From a bacterium (GTDB lineage: Bacteria; UBA8248; JACPRG01; G963555815): a stretch of DNA of 64,000 nt. The stretch lies in the NCBI GenBank assembly GCA_965218795.1, contig OZ244653.1, positions 4,448,001 through 4,512,000 on the forward strand, read 5' to 3'. The position numbers were made by a program, and so were the translations under genes. This document shows positions 1 through 10,808 of the stretch, one piece after another. Numbering within the stretch: the stretch's first letter is position 1; every line of letters starts with the position of its first letter. Below the pieces are notes generated by a model, which was not told where the DNA came from, did no database searches, and was given only the letters and a program-made list of their open reading frames with translations.

Positions 1-272
1 AACGAGGATCTTCCGGTCGTGAGAACCTTTTCGAGGTTCGGAAGGCTGTACAGGGCCTGGAGCCGCACCTCGCTGGGCTGAAGGTATGGGCTGACGGGGC
101 CCCGGGTATGGTCCGGGTGCATGCCCCGCTCGGAGTACTCCGAGGCGATCTGGCCGGCCACGAAAATCCAGTCCCCTACCTCAACCCCGGGTGAATAATT
201 CATTCTGGGCTCGGGAAATTCCTTGGGGAATATCTGCCGACGGACTTTCTTCCGCCGTACCTGCTTTGCCAT
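1..272 (-). CDS. Rid (YjgF/YER057c/UK114) family protein, runs off the window edge
   Basis: Not in the ORF track. Manual translation from ATG 272: MAKQVRRKKVRRQIFPKEFPEPRMNYSPGVEVGDWIFVAGQIASEY...LQALYSLPNLEKVL; YSPGV..GDWIFVAGQ is a Rid N-terminal motif. Confidence 0.8.
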   Translation of the reverse strand, partial: MAKQVRRKKVRRQIFPKEFPEPRMNYSPGVEVGDWIFVAGQIASEYSERGMHPDHTRGPVSPYLQPSEVRLQALYSLPNLEKVLTTGRSS

Positions 273-367
273 TTTCATTCCCTTTCAGGGCGAGATACCA
301 CGGAGCTCATTGACTCTTTCGACAAAGGCCGGGCGATTGGATAAAGCGGGTATCGGGCGGGATTTCG

Positions 368-1732
368 TCATATGGGGGAACAGTAATCGAACCCGCGCGT
401 TTCCCTTTTGAACTCCTTCTGAACTTCCTTCAACGCCGTGGGCCGGATGAGGAGGTCCAAAGCCGTGCAGGCGATGACCTGACTCGCTGCCTTCATCCCC
501 TTGAATCCGATCCCCGAGCCAAACTGGGCGGTGGCGTCCCAGGAGTGTTCCGGGGTCCCGGGGGCGCGGCATGAGGTATAGAAAAGCCCCAAAGGCGCAA
601 GCCAGCTCACATTGCCCTGATCATTGGCGTACGGAGAAAATCCTTCGCGGGGGGGATCCACCTTTTCCCTCAGGGGCCGCTTGTAGCCCAACCGGCGCGC
701 CAGGGCCTTGTCCTCGCCCGAGAATCGAGGGCCGCCGACCCGTCTCAAGTTCTGATCGATCAACCTTCCCAAAGCGAGGTTGGGGAGGCTTTGGTACGTG
801 GCGGCATGCAGTTTCATCCGCACCCGGGTTTTCGTCGCCCGCGCCGCACCCTGAGCGATCCGCTTCACCTGTGTGGTGACCTCATCGGTTTGGGTCCGAC
901 TCGGTGTCCAAATCCAATACCACGACTTGGCATAGGGGAGTATGACCCCCGGATACTGACCTGCTTCCGGGATCACATAGTGGAAACCCGTCCCGGCCGG
1001 AACCTGACCGCGCAGCCGGTTCACACCCTCGTTCATGAGCTCGATCGCGCCTAGGGCGCTTTGCGCCATTTCCGGATCGATCTGGGCGTGGGCGCTTTTC
1101 CCGAAGAACTCGAACGTTATGGAATCCAATGACTTACAGGAGCTGTAGTCAGCGAGATTTCCTTCTCCCGGGTGCCAGGTCAGAACGGCATCCAAGTCTC
1201 GGAAGACCCCCGCATTCGCCATGACCACTTTGCCGTAAAGGATCTCTTCAGCCGGTGTACCGAACACCTTGACCGTGCCCCGAATCCCGTTCTCTTCCAG
1301 AATCTCTTTGACGGCGATCCCGGCCGAGACGCTGGCCGTGCCGAACAGGTTGTGCCCGCACCCATGCCCGTTGTCCGTCTCCCTGGGGCCGCAGTGCGGG
1401 ACCGCATCGTACTCCGCGAGGATCCCGATGTGAGGCTTCCCCCTTCCCCAGCGGCCCTCGAACGAGGTGGGCAATCCCGCAAGGCCGGTCTTGACCTGAA
1501 ACCCGGCTTCCCGAAGTTCTTCCACCAGGAAGGCGGATGAGCGGTACTCCTCGAGGCTCAGCTCGGGGGTTTCCCATATCCGCTTGGACAAGGCGTTCAT
1601 GCGGGCCGTTCTTTTTTCCAGAAAACCCACGGCCTGCCTCTTGCAGGCGGACCCGACCTCCTTGCCCGCGCCCTCTGAAAATCCCGCTTTCCGAGGGGAC
1701 AAGCCAATCCCTCCTCTTGTGATGGCCGACAT
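368..1732 (-). CDS. M20 family amidohydrolase (p-aminobenzoyl-glutamate hydrolase subunit B-like)
   Basis: PELSLEE, AEYDA, GHGCGHN, GTPAEE, WHP and GKSAHA motifs; true start may be later. Confidence 0.85.
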   Translation of the reverse strand: MSAITRGGIGLSPRKAGFSEGAGKEVGSACKRQAVGFLEKRTARMNALSKRIWETPELSLEEYRSSAFLVEELREAGFQVKTGLAGLPTSFEGRWGRGKPHIGILAEYDAVPHCGPRETDNGHGCGHNLFGTASVSAGIAVKEILEENGIRGTVKVFGTPAEEILYGKVVMANAGVFRDLDAVLTWHPGEGNLADYSSCKSLDSITFEFFGKSAHAQIDPEMAQSALGAIELMNEGVNRLRGQVPAGTGFHYVIPEAGQYPGVILPYAKSWYWIWTPSRTQTDEVTTQVKRIAQGAARATKTRVRMKLHAATYQSLPNLALGRLIDQNLRRVGGPRFSGEDKALARRLGYKRPLREKVDPPREGFSPYANDQGNVSWLAPLGLFYTSCRAPGTPEHSWDATAQFGSGIGFKGMKAASQVIACTALDLLIRPTALKEVQKEFKRETRGFDYCSPI

Positions 1733-1809
1733 CTCCTGTCCGCCCGTTAACCCGCTCTTTGAACAGACTTGTACTTCCCCGATGACCGGGAGGAGTGCAA
1801 TCGAAGGAC

Positions 1810-2898
1810 CTATTTGGGGATTTTGCCGGTGATCCCCTGGACCAGGAAGTTCATCGAATTCAGGTCCTTTTCGGACATCCTTTGTCCCGCGGGGACGCGG
1901 ACCTTGCCCGCCTGATCCTTGACGGGTCCTGTGAACGGGGCGAACTTGCCCGCAAGCATGTCAGCTTTCTTCCGGTCCACCAGCTTCCGAACGTCCTCGG
2001 GAACCATGGGCCCGTAGGGCGCCAGTTCCGCGGCCCCGTCCTTCATCGTCGGAGCATAGTGCGCGCTTTTCCAGGTTCCCTTGTGGACGGCTTCAGCAAT
2101 CTTCTTGTAGAAAGGACCCCAATTGAAAACGGCCCCCGTCAGATGCGCTTTGGGCGCGTACGCCGACATGTCCGAGTAAACGCCCACACTGTATTTTCCC
2201 CGGCGCTGGGCCGCCTGTTGGACTGCGGGGGAGTTGAAGTACTGCCCCAGTACATCCGCACCGATATCCATCAGGCTCTCTCCGGCTTCGCGCTCTTTCG
2301 CCGGGTCGTACCAGGAAAGGGTCCAGATGAGATTGACCTTCACGGCCGGATTCACGGATTGCGCGCCCAACACGAATGAGTTGACGATGCGTATCACCAA
2401 CGGAATCGGAAACGCCGCCGCGTACCCGATCACGTTCGTCTTGGTCATCCTTCCGGCGACCATTCCCGCCAGGTAGGCCGGCTGATAGAGCGTGGCCCAA
2501 TAGGGCGCCATGTTGGGAGACGATTTGAATCCGGCCACGTGCATGAAGACCACATCGGGATTGCGCTTCGAGAGGTTCAGCATGATATCCATGTACTCGA
2601 AGGTGCAGCCGAAGATGAGGTTGTATCCTCTTCGGATGTACTGCTTCATGATGCGCTCGGCATCCCCGGCCGGAACCGACTCGGTATAGGCCGTCTCCAC
2701 ATACGGAACCTTTTGAAGCTCGCGCCGCGCTCTTTCATGGGCGAAGATCCAGCCATGATCTCCGATGGGGCCGTTGAAGATGAATGCCGCCTTGATCTTC
2801 GCCTGCGGCTTGAGAGCGTCGGCTGCCGGTGCGAACACCAGGGAACCCAGGAAGCAAACCCATAGAGCGAATGTGAACGACTTCCAAAGTCGAGACAT
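1810..2898 (-). CDS. BMP family ABC transporter substrate-binding protein (purine/nucleoside type)
   Basis: Signal peptide from ATG 2898 with GGAGG RBS; GPIGDHGW, YLAGMVAG, WYDPAKE motifs. Confidence 0.9.
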   Translation of the reverse strand: MSRLWKSFTFALWVCFLGSLVFAPAADALKPQAKIKAAFIFNGPIGDHGWIFAHERARRELQKVPYVETAYTESVPAGDAERIMKQYIRRGYNLIFGCTFEYMDIMLNLSKRNPDVVFMHVAGFKSSPNMAPYWATLYQPAYLAGMVAGRMTKTNVIGYAAAFPIPLVIRIVNSFVLGAQSVNPAVKVNLIWTLSWYDPAKEREAGESLMDIGADVLGQYFNSPAVQQAAQRRGKYSVGVYSDMSAYAPKAHLTGAVFNWGPFYKKIAEAVHKGTWKSAHYAPTMKDGAAELAPYGPMVPEDVRKLVDRKKADMLAGKFAPFTGPVKDQAGKVRVPAGQRMSEKDLNSMNFLVQGITGKIPK

Positions 2899-3227
2899 AG
2901 CCTTTTCCTCCCTTTCTCGAGCCCTGATTGCAGTCTTTGGGGAAGTCTCCGCAATGAAGCGCTCGAACCAAGACAACAGTTGCGAACAGTCAGAAATTTG
3001 CCGATTCGATGATTGACTGAATACAGCATACTAACCAAAAGGCTCTTCTTCTCCAAGTGAAAAATTCTTCCTGGGGGAGCCCGGCGGGTTTTTCCATCGG
3101 GCGCAGAATCCTGATGATTCTTCCATCTTCGGGAGGGATGGAATCGCCGGGGATGGAAGACTGCGCTCCGGTCGGCAGGGGTTCCAGACACCGGCGAGGC
3201 GGGTTCGCCGGAGTTGGCAAAGGAAGG

Positions 3228-3330
3228 GATGCGATTCAGGCTATCGAGGACAGGGTGATGGATCAAATCGAGTCCGGGGAGGCGGTCGAGCTCCTCGTCG
3301 ACCTCATCAATGCGCCCGGCTCCGCTCACG
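3228..3330 (+). pseudogene. Possible N-terminal remnant of an ArgE/DapE-like M20 peptidase
   Basis: DAIQAIEDRVMDQIESGEAVELLVDLINAPG resembles the first helices of M20 enzymes; no continuation. Confidence 0.35.
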
Positions 3331-3383
3331 CCGGTGATTGTTCCAATCCGCGCAACGGCGACGGCCAGGATCATACGATCCTT

Positions 3384-4253
3384 TCATCCCATCTTTGAAA
3401 TCGACACAAGATAGACCCCGACGAAGACAATGGCGGCTCCGAGCGCGAGTCGCCAGGTGACCTGCTCCAGCTCTTGGGCGAAAATGCGCGCCACCAGAAT
3501 CGAGAACAGTGGAGAGGTAAAGGACAGGGGCGCGACAAAACTCACGGTTCCGGTTCCCAGGGCCTCGTGGTAGGCGTACAGCGCGGCGCAATAGCAAAAG
3601 CCTCCCCCCAGAAAATACAAAAAGCCGCGTCGTTCAGCCTGCCAGCGGTCTTCCCGCGGGAGGGCGGTCTGACCCGATAGCAGAAAGAGAATGGCCCCGA
3701 GGGAGGAAACGCCGCTTCCCAGGATCGGATCGGACAGCGATTGCATGCCCAAACGGCTGAACACAGCCGTTAACCCCAGGAAAAAGGCCGGTATGAGACC
3801 GAGCAGCGTGGCCCTCAGGGTCATTCGAATTCCAGCGGGATCTGTCACGACGCTCGCGAGCCCCACTACAACAGTGACCGCGCCGAGAATGGCGTGCCAC
3901 GAAGGACGCTCGCCAAGAAAGGCCACAGCGTAGATCAGGCTCAAGAGAGGGCCAACGGTGATCAACACCGTGGCTCTCGAAACGCCGATCCGACGCATGC
4001 TGTAGTAAAACGTGACGCGGCCGGGACCTGAGGCCGCCGCTCCCATCAGGAAAAACCAGCCGGCGGCCGGCCAGAGGGAGCCTTCTCTCCATCCCAGAAC
4101 CCATCCGAGAATGAGAAAGAATATGAGAACAGTCCCGGAGTTGACGACGGCTCCGGTAAACGGTGTTCCGTCGCGAACCCCCAAACGGATGAGAAAGTCG
4201 CCCATGCCGAACGTGATTGCGGAGAGGAGCGCCCAAAACAGCGCAGGGGACAA
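3384..4253 (-). CDS. DMT/EamA family transporter
   Basis: About 10 hydrophobic segments in two repeats; FLGER and ELEQVT motifs. Confidence 0.9.
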   Translation of the reverse strand: MSPALFWALLSAITFGMGDFLIRLGVRDGTPFTGAVVNSGTVLIFFLILGWVLGWREGSLWPAAGWFFLMGAAASGPGRVTFYYSMRRIGVSRATVLITVGPLLSLIYAVAFLGERPSWHAILGAVTVVVGLASVVTDPAGIRMTLRATLLGLIPAFFLGLTAVFSRLGMQSLSDPILGSGVSSLGAILFLLSGQTALPREDRWQAERRGFLYFLGGGFCYCAALYAYHEALGTGTVSFVAPLSFTSPLFSILVARIFAQELEQVTWRLALGAAIVFVGVYLVSISKMG

Positions 4254-4493
4254 CGGAGATTCCTTTCTTATGACGGCGTTTCCCTGAGCGATTCAGTGAT
4301 TTCGGATGAGATAGCTGTCCGGGCAATGGAAACCGAATCATCGGGGCAGTCGGCAAAATTTGCAAGGGCGCAAATTACCATTTCCCGGTGGTTCGTTCCC
4401 ATCGGCATTGATTGAAAGGGATTCTGGGGACACCATCCTTGATGAATGACTTTCGGATTGGTGCGCCCCCTGCCGAAACCGTGCAGGGGCCTA

Positions 4494-4520
4494 TGGATTC
4501 CCGCTTCCGCGGGAATGACA
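4494..4520. repeat. REP-like palindrome (ATTCCC-N8-GGGAAT type)
   Basis: TGGATTCCCGCTTCCGCGGGAATGACA; related copies at 10809 and 10890. Confidence 0.8.
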
Positions 4521-4611
4521 AGTAGGAAATCGCCATGAAAAGCCTCCTGAATCGCCATAGGCCGAGCCAACATAGTGCATGCCAGTGGACGTGTCGGTGA
4601 TGAGACAGACG

Positions 4612-4650
4612 CCCCCCCCCCAACCCTCCCCCTCCAAGGGAGAGGGAGAT
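4612..4650. repeat. Second REP-like imperfect palindrome (CCCTCCCC...GGGAGAGGG)
   Basis: CCCTCCCCCTCCAAGGGAGAGGG hairpin in an intergenic region. Confidence 0.55.
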
Positions 4651-4739
4651 CAAGCGGCACCCTCCGAAAAAGACCCCTGAATCGCCCGGGAAAAGCCCCT
4701 GCTAAGGGGCGTGCATCGACCGCGCTCGATGCCGTCGGT

Positions 4740-4942
4740 GCCCGGAGCTTTCCGAAAAAGATGACGCGGGAGCCGCGGCCACGATGAAAGAAGAGGCCGT
4801 CAAGAGGCTTCGGAGGGTCGGCCTGACGGAGGAGAGAATCCTCGAGGGAGCCGCGATATCAGCCTGTTTCAACTGTATCGATCGGATTGCCGACGCCTTC
4901 GGCGTTCCTCTGGATCCGGAATGTCAGCGAACCATCGGGTAA
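4740..4942 (+). pseudogene. C-terminal remnant of an AhpD/CMD-like peroxidase-related protein
   Basis: FPKKMTREP, then a frameshift into MKEEAVKRLRRVGLTEERILEGAAISACFNCIDRIADAFGV, matching the family pattern KLT..P...L...G.....I.......FN...R.A.A.G; N-terminal half absent. Confidence 0.65.
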
Positions 4943-5136
4943 ACTGGACGGTTGTCCCGACGGAAATTGGTCGCTAGAATAGTCCGTCAACAGTCCCTGA
5001 ATACCAGGGACAGGAGTGAAGGCTCTTTCGGCGGAAATCGCCAGGGATGAAGCGCGCCGTGCGTGGTCTTGTCCGGCGTTGCGCGGAATTGCCAAATCGG
5101 AAGAAGGTCTGGAAATTCCTTCAGGAGGGATCAGAG

Positions 5137-6135
5137 ATGAGAAAGCTGCTGTCGGCTGCCGTGATCGGTATCTGTTCGATGTTTGTATTCTCTGGCGGCG
5201 GCTCCGCCGCTGATTTCAAATCGGTGTGGCTCCTGGACTGGGTGTTCTACAGTGAGCACGTCCCTTTCTTCGCGGCAAGGGATTTTGGCTTTCTGAAAAA
5301 GGAAGGGCTGGATTTGGAAATCAAGCGCGGATTCGGCTCAGGGGACACCATCAAGCGCATCGGGCAAAAAGTGGCTCCCTTCGGCCTCGCTGATGTGGGA
5401 TCGATGATCATCGCGCGGTCCCGCGGAGTGAAGGTCAAGCAGGTCGCCATGTACTATGCGAAATCCCCGATGGTCCTGTGGTATCTCAAGGAGAAGGGGT
5501 ACAAGACCCCCAAGGACCTCATCGGCAAGAAGGTGGGGGGACCGGACGGCGACTCCGTAAAACGGGTGTTTCCGGCCTTCGCCAACGCGAACGGGGTGAA
5601 CCCATGCCAGGTCACTTGGGATACCCTGACCTACGGGGCGATCGCGCCGAGCGTCCTCGCGGGAAGAATCGATCTGGCCCCAACCTACTATGACTCCTCC
5701 GTCACCCTGGATCTCAAGGCCAAGAAACAAGGCAAGGAGGGCGCGGTCTTCCGCTACAGCGAGTGGGGGGTGGACATCTACGCCAATGGACTGATCGTCC
5801 ACGACGATTTGGCCAAGGAGAAACCCGGCCTGGTTCGCAGGTTCGTCAAGGCCAACATCGAGGCGTGGAGTCACTGCTTCGTCTATATGGAAAAATGCAT
5901 GAAGAATTTTCTCAAACACCAGCCCACGATGAGTCCCGAGTTCCTGCGCGCCCAGTACATGCGGACCCGGGCGATGAACATCGACAAAGGCGTTATTGAG
6001 CATGGTTTCGGTTACATGGACCCCAAGAAGATGGACCGGACCGTGGACATCATGACCAAGCACACGCCGCTCAAGGTCCGCGTAAAGACGGACGACATCT
6101 ATACGAACAAGTTCCTGCCGCAAATGGGCATGTGA
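5137..6135 (+). CDS. NMT1/THI5-like ABC transporter substrate-binding protein
   Basis: Signal peptide; LDW..Y.EH.PFF.A...G, GFGSGDT, YANGLIV and IYTNKFL motifs; GGAGG RBS. Confidence 0.9.
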   Translation: MRKLLSAAVIGICSMFVFSGGGSAADFKSVWLLDWVFYSEHVPFFAARDFGFLKKEGLDLEIKRGFGSGDTIKRIGQKVAPFGLADVGSMIIARSRGVKVKQVAMYYAKSPMVLWYLKEKGYKTPKDLIGKKVGGPDGDSVKRVFPAFANANGVNPCQVTWDTLTYGAIAPSVLAGRIDLAPTYYDSSVTLDLKAKKQGKEGAVFRYSEWGVDIYANGLIVHDDLAKEKPGLVRRFVKANIEAWSHCFVYMEKCMKNFLKHQPTMSPEFLRAQYMRTRAMNIDKGVIEHGFGYMDPKKMDRTVDIMTKHTPLKVRVKTDDIYTNKFLPQMGM

Positions 6136-6398
6136 ACGACAGCGGAATCAATCTGACATCGGCTGAGGCGCCCCGGCAGCCGGAGCGGTTGCCGTCGAGG
6201 GTGTCTCGGCCGATGTCGAACAAGTCCACGAATACGAAAAGCCCACAATACACCGGAATGGTGCGCGGCCTGCGCCAATCCCGTCGTCCCGTTTTTTCGC
6301 AGGGCACGATCCTGGGTGCTCGAATGCCGGGAAGTCGGTCATCCTGACTGACAGGTGCTCTTCCGTTGGGGACACGGGGGTACACAAAGGAGGACAGT

Positions 6399-7796
6399 AT
6401 GGCCGAGACCGTTGATATCCTGATTGAAAAAGGCACCGTTCTCACCCTTGACGATGAGCGGCGCATCCTGACCGACGGGGCCATCGCCATCAAGGGGGAC
6501 CGCATCGCCGCCGTCGGGAAGACGGCCGATGTGCGGAAAAAGTATGAAGGCAGGAAGACCATCGATGCCTCCACCCGCCTGATCATGCCCGGTCTCGTCG
6601 ACGGCCATTCCCACCTCATCGAGATCGCCCGCGGCCTGATTCCCGATACGCTGAAAACAAGCGACTGGCTCAAGTTCTGGTGTTATCCGTACCTCGCCGC
6701 CATCACGGAAGAGGACGAGTACTGGTATTCGCTCTGCCTCATCGCCGAGATGATCCAGTCCGGTACCACCTGCTTCGTCGAGCCCGGATGCAAGTTTCTC
6801 CCTACGACCCTGAAGGCCATTGAAGAGAGCGGAATCCGGGCGGCGACCGGAAGCTGGGTTTGGGATCACGGCGGACCGGACGGTCAAAAATGTCCGGAGT
6901 ACTTCCTCAAGATGTCCCTCCAGGAGGCCCTCGACCTCACGGAAAGCAACATCAAGTCCTTTCAGGGCGCGGCCGACGGCCGGGTGAAGATCTTCGCTAC
7001 CATTGAAGGGGTGGGAACGTGCTCGGACGACCTCACGCTGGGCGCCAAAGAGCTGGCCGATCGATACAACACGTTGACCCTGATGCACAAAGCCAGTTCC
7101 CGGGAGGAAGTCCAAAGCGAGATCAAGGCAACGGGCGACCGGCCGGTCGAGCATATGTACAAGATTGGCGCACTCGGGCCCAACGTCTATCTCAATCACA
7201 TGACCGCGGTGGAATCCTTCGAAGTCGATATGCTGGCCGAGACGGACACCAAGGTCTGCCAGAACCCGCCCGCCGCGCTGAAGCTCGCCAAGGGAACGAC
7301 CCAAATGGGAAAGTTCCTCGACATGAGAGCCAAAGGGGTCACCGTTGCGCTGGGATGCGACGGGGTGAACTCGGCCGATCACAAGGACATGTTTCGCGCC
7401 ATGTATCTGGCGGCCACGCTGCCGAAGGACGCGAAGGTGGATCCGGAAGTCATCACGGCCGAGGAGGTGATCGAGATGGCGACCCTGAGCGGTCACCGGG
7501 CCACCGGCTGGGAGAAAGACCTGGGCCCGCTGGAGGCCGGAATGAAGGCGGATCTGATCCTGATCGACACCGACCGCCCTGAATGGGTGCCGAGCTATAA
7601 TCCGGTTTATACCCTGGTCTATACGGCCAGCGGAGGCAGCGTGGACACGACCATCGTGGACGGCCGGATCCTCATGGAGAACAGAGAGCTGAAGACCATC
7701 GATTTCGGCGAGGTCGCCGCAAAGTGCCGGGAGCTGGCGCCGAAGCTCGCCGAGCGGGCGAACGTCAAGCCGGAGTCACGCTGGCCCGTCGTGTGA
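6399..7796 (+). CDS. Metal-dependent amidohydrolase (MTA/SAH deaminase, AtzA-like)
   Basis: MPGLVDGHSH, SGTTCF, LGCDG and GMKADLILID motifs; AGGAGG RBS. Confidence 0.9.
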   Translation: MAETVDILIEKGTVLTLDDERRILTDGAIAIKGDRIAAVGKTADVRKKYEGRKTIDASTRLIMPGLVDGHSHLIEIARGLIPDTLKTSDWLKFWCYPYLAAITEEDEYWYSLCLIAEMIQSGTTCFVEPGCKFLPTTLKAIEESGIRAATGSWVWDHGGPDGQKCPEYFLKMSLQEALDLTESNIKSFQGAADGRVKIFATIEGVGTCSDDLTLGAKELADRYNTLTLMHKASSREEVQSEIKATGDRPVEHMYKIGALGPNVYLNHMTAVESFEVDMLAETDTKVCQNPPAALKLAKGTTQMGKFLDMRAKGVTVALGCDGVNSADHKDMFRAMYLAATLPKDAKVDPEVITAEEVIEMATLSGHRATGWEKDLGPLEAGMKADLILIDTDRPEWVPSYNPVYTLVYTASGGSVDTTIVDGRILMENRELKTIDFGEVAAKCRELAPKLAERANVKPESRWPVV

Positions 7797-7840
7797 CGGG
7801 CCGTTCATTCCCGGAAGACGCTCCATCCTGGAGGGTGTCA

Positions 7841-9187
7841 ATGCCGAGTCTTCTCTTGCACAGCGCCGATTTCGTGATTCAGGACGCGGACCGATTCATT
7901 CGGGACGGCGGCCTGTATATCGAAGACGGGCAAATCCGGGAGGTGGGGCCTTCATCCGAGATCCGACAGCGTTACCAGGCCGACGAATCCATCGATCTGG
8001 CAGGATGCATCGTCACGCCCGGCCTGATCAACGCACACAATCACATTTATGAAATCATGTCCCGGGGGCTGGGTAAGGATTTCGGGACAGAAGACTGGCT
8101 GGCGAAGGTCATCTACCCGATCGATGCTGCCATGACCGGCGATGATTATTTCTATGGGGCGCTCGTTGTCCTGGGAGAATGTCTCCGCCAGGGGACGACG
8201 GCGGTCATCGAACAGTTGACCAACTTGGCCCGGTTTCATGCGGACCGGGAGGTGGAAGCCTTCCTTCATTGCGGGATCCGTGGAGCGGTGGCGCGCGCCT
8301 CCACCAACCGTTCCACCATAGATCCCCGGGAGGAGCGGCCGGAAGAGGAGGATTTCAAGGCATCCGAAGACTTCCTGGACCGCTGGGCGGGGCAAGAGCG
8401 CGTATCCCCGTGGCTTGGGCCGAGCGGGCTGTTCACCTGTACGCCCGATTTCCTGAGACGCTTGAAGGATTTGGCGCGGGACCGTCAGACCCGTTATACG
8501 ATTCACCTCAACGAGACCTCGATTCAGGCCCAGGCCGCCCGCCGGGAGGGATTCGTCGGCCAGATAGCCCAGGCGGATCACATCGGAATCCTGGACGAAA
8601 ACACCACCATCGCCCACGCTGTCTGGACCGGAGATGAGGAGCTCCGGATTGCGGCGCGGTCCGGGGCGCAAATTCTCCACAATCCGACCTCCAACATGAT
8701 ATTGTCCTCCGGCGTTGCGGACGTTCCGAAGATGCTCGAACTCGGGATCCCGGTGGCCATCGGCACCGACGGGCCTGCCAGCAACGACACCGTCGATATG
8801 TTGGCGGAGATGAAGGCGGCGATTCTCCTGCACAGGGTCCACACGCTGGACGCCACCATTCTGTACGCGCGCGACGTTTTCCGGATGTGTACCGAGGGAG
8901 GCGCTGCCGCCCTGGGAGAGAAGCGCTTGGGGCGGCTTGAACCGGGATGGAAAGCGGATCTCGCCGCTTTTCGGATCGGCCTCGGCCTGATTCCCGTTTA
9001 CGAGCCGCTGGACGCATTGATCTACTGCGGCAGCGGGCGGGACGCGTGCTTGACCATCGTGGAGGGAGAAGTGCTTTACCGGGATGGGCATTTCACTCGG
9101 TTCGACGTTCAGGAGGCTGTCGATCACGTGAATCGAACCGCGGCGGCCATCCGCAGGGATGTGCCTGAAGCGTTCCCTCGGTCTTGA
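7841..9187 (+). CDS. Metal-dependent amidohydrolase (MTA/SAH deaminase-like)
   Basis: PGLINAHNH, HLNET, AHAVW, HNPTSN and GTDGPASND motifs. Confidence 0.9.
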   Translation: MPSLLLHSADFVIQDADRFIRDGGLYIEDGQIREVGPSSEIRQRYQADESIDLAGCIVTPGLINAHNHIYEIMSRGLGKDFGTEDWLAKVIYPIDAAMTGDDYFYGALVVLGECLRQGTTAVIEQLTNLARFHADREVEAFLHCGIRGAVARASTNRSTIDPREERPEEEDFKASEDFLDRWAGQERVSPWLGPSGLFTCTPDFLRRLKDLARDRQTRYTIHLNETSIQAQAARREGFVGQIAQADHIGILDENTTIAHAVWTGDEELRIAARSGAQILHNPTSNMILSSGVADVPKMLELGIPVAIGTDGPASNDTVDMLAEMKAAILLHRVHTLDATILYARDVFRMCTEGGAAALGEKRLGRLEPGWKADLAAFRIGLGLIPVYEPLDALIYCGSGRDACLTIVEGEVLYRDGHFTRFDVQEAVDHVNRTAAAIRRDVPEAFPRS

Positions 9188-9311
9188 TGTGCTCAATGCC
9201 CGACCGGCGTTCGCCTCTGCCCCTCAAGCGTTTCTGTTTCCCGGTTCAATTCAACGAAGGTCGCGACGGGATGGTTCAGACCGTCGCAATATCTGAGGAG
9301 TGACGTGATCG

Positions 9312-10073
9312 ATGGGTCAACTGGATGGAAAACGAATCCTCGTCACCGGTGCGGGACGCGGAATTGGGAAAGATTACGCGAAGACCTTGGCCGCCGAAGG
9401 GGCCAACCTGGCGCTGGCCGATATCATCGATGCCGGCCCCGTGGCGGATGAGATCCGCGCGGCTGAAGGGGCGGCCGAGTCCTTCCACGTGGATGTGTCT
9501 GAGGAAGCCTCGGTCCGGCAGATGGTCGGGGGGGCCGTGAACGCGCTCGGGGGGGTGGACGTCCTCGTCAACAACGCCGCCCTCTGGGCGGACCTGCAGT
9601 TCACTCCGTTCTGGGAAATCACCGCCGAAGAGTGGGACCGCGCGATGGCGATCAACGTCAAAGGGGTTTTTCTGCTTTGCCGGGAGGTTTTCCCGCACAT
9701 GAAGGCCCAAGAGTCGGGGAAAATCGTCAACATCGGCTCGACGACCGCGGAGCGCGGCATCCCGGGCTTTCTTCAGTACGTGACCTCCAAAGGCGCCGTT
9801 CACGGTCTGACCCGGGCGTTGGCCAGGGAATTGGGCGATTTCGGGATTACGGTCAACACCCTGGCTCCGGGGTTCACGCTGAGCGAGAAGGTTGTGGAGA
9901 TGGATGAGGCGGCCTTGAAGGATGCAACGGAGCGGTCCAGAGCCACCCGATGCCTGAAGCGCGCGCAATACCCGGACGATGTTCAGGGAACGATGCTTTA
10001 TCTGGCTTCTCCGGCCAGCGATTTCATGACCGGCCAGCTCATTGTCGTCGACGGCGGCGCGGTCATGACGTAA
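9312..10073 (+). CDS. Short-chain dehydrogenase/reductase
   Basis: TGAGRGIG, NNAA and YVTSK motifs. Confidence 0.95.
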   Translation: MGQLDGKRILVTGAGRGIGKDYAKTLAAEGANLALADIIDAGPVADEIRAAEGAAESFHVDVSEEASVRQMVGGAVNALGGVDVLVNNAALWADLQFTPFWEITAEEWDRAMAINVKGVFLLCREVFPHMKAQESGKIVNIGSTTAERGIPGFLQYVTSKGAVHGLTRALARELGDFGITVNTLAPGFTLSEKVVEMDEAALKDATERSRATRCLKRAQYPDDVQGTMLYLASPASDFMTGQLIVVDGGAVMT

Positions 10074-10559
10074 GCGAGGCTGGTGATTCACCCGGCCTTG
10101 GGGAATCGGCCAGGGCTGAACCTGCTGCCGCCCGATGATGGTTTCGCACGGGCGCTCCCCGCTATGGCCCCCCAGTGACCTCAAGAACCAGGTGACCCCG
10201 GTACCGCATTGTCTTATCATTTCAGACGTTCGCCTTTCGTCCGAGTTCTTCGGACAACGGAGAGCCGGTTGGCTGTGGCCGAATACGCGCCGCCAACGGC
10301 TCCTGCTCCGCCGCCGTAAGGTCGACCGTCTGGTTCATTGGGTATTGGAATTCGTCGAGAAAGACCCGGCTGGCTGATTGGCGGGGGGCTTACCCGTCAG
10401 GCCGGCGCGAGGTCGCCGTCTCCGGAGGATTCCCGTGTCGCCCTGGGAGGGCGCGCGATGGCCCTTACCCCTTCAAAAAACCTCGCCGCACCCGTTTTCG
10501 AGCGCTTCGAGACGGACGCGGATCCCGTTGAGTCGTGGCGTGCCCGTGAAGGGCTCACA

Positions 10560-10670
10560 ACCCGTTTCGTCATCGACCAGCCGATTGTAACATTCGCCGG
10601 GCTCGGAATGCCGACCGTATCCGTGGGGCAGGGCCACCACGCCCGATCGGAGACCATTACCGGACGACGG
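10560..10670 (+). pseudogene. Possible degraded C-terminal remnant of an M20 peptidase
   Basis: GMPTVSVGQGHHARSETI resembles GIPTV..G.G...H...E.I. Confidence 0.3.
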
Positions 10671-10808
10671 GCCGGCAGGCCAACAGGCCAACTTCATCTA
10701 TATGCCGGCGGGTCCGCCGTTTGATACCAAGAGCCGAATTCAACTCCTTTCAGAGGCTTCCCGCCGCCCTTCTGCTTCGTCCTTCCCTCGCAGCCCGCCC
10801 TATATGGC

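Noticed and set aside
6136-6365. Possible gene remnant between the binding protein and the amidohydrolase
   Set aside because: No convincing motif in any frame by eye
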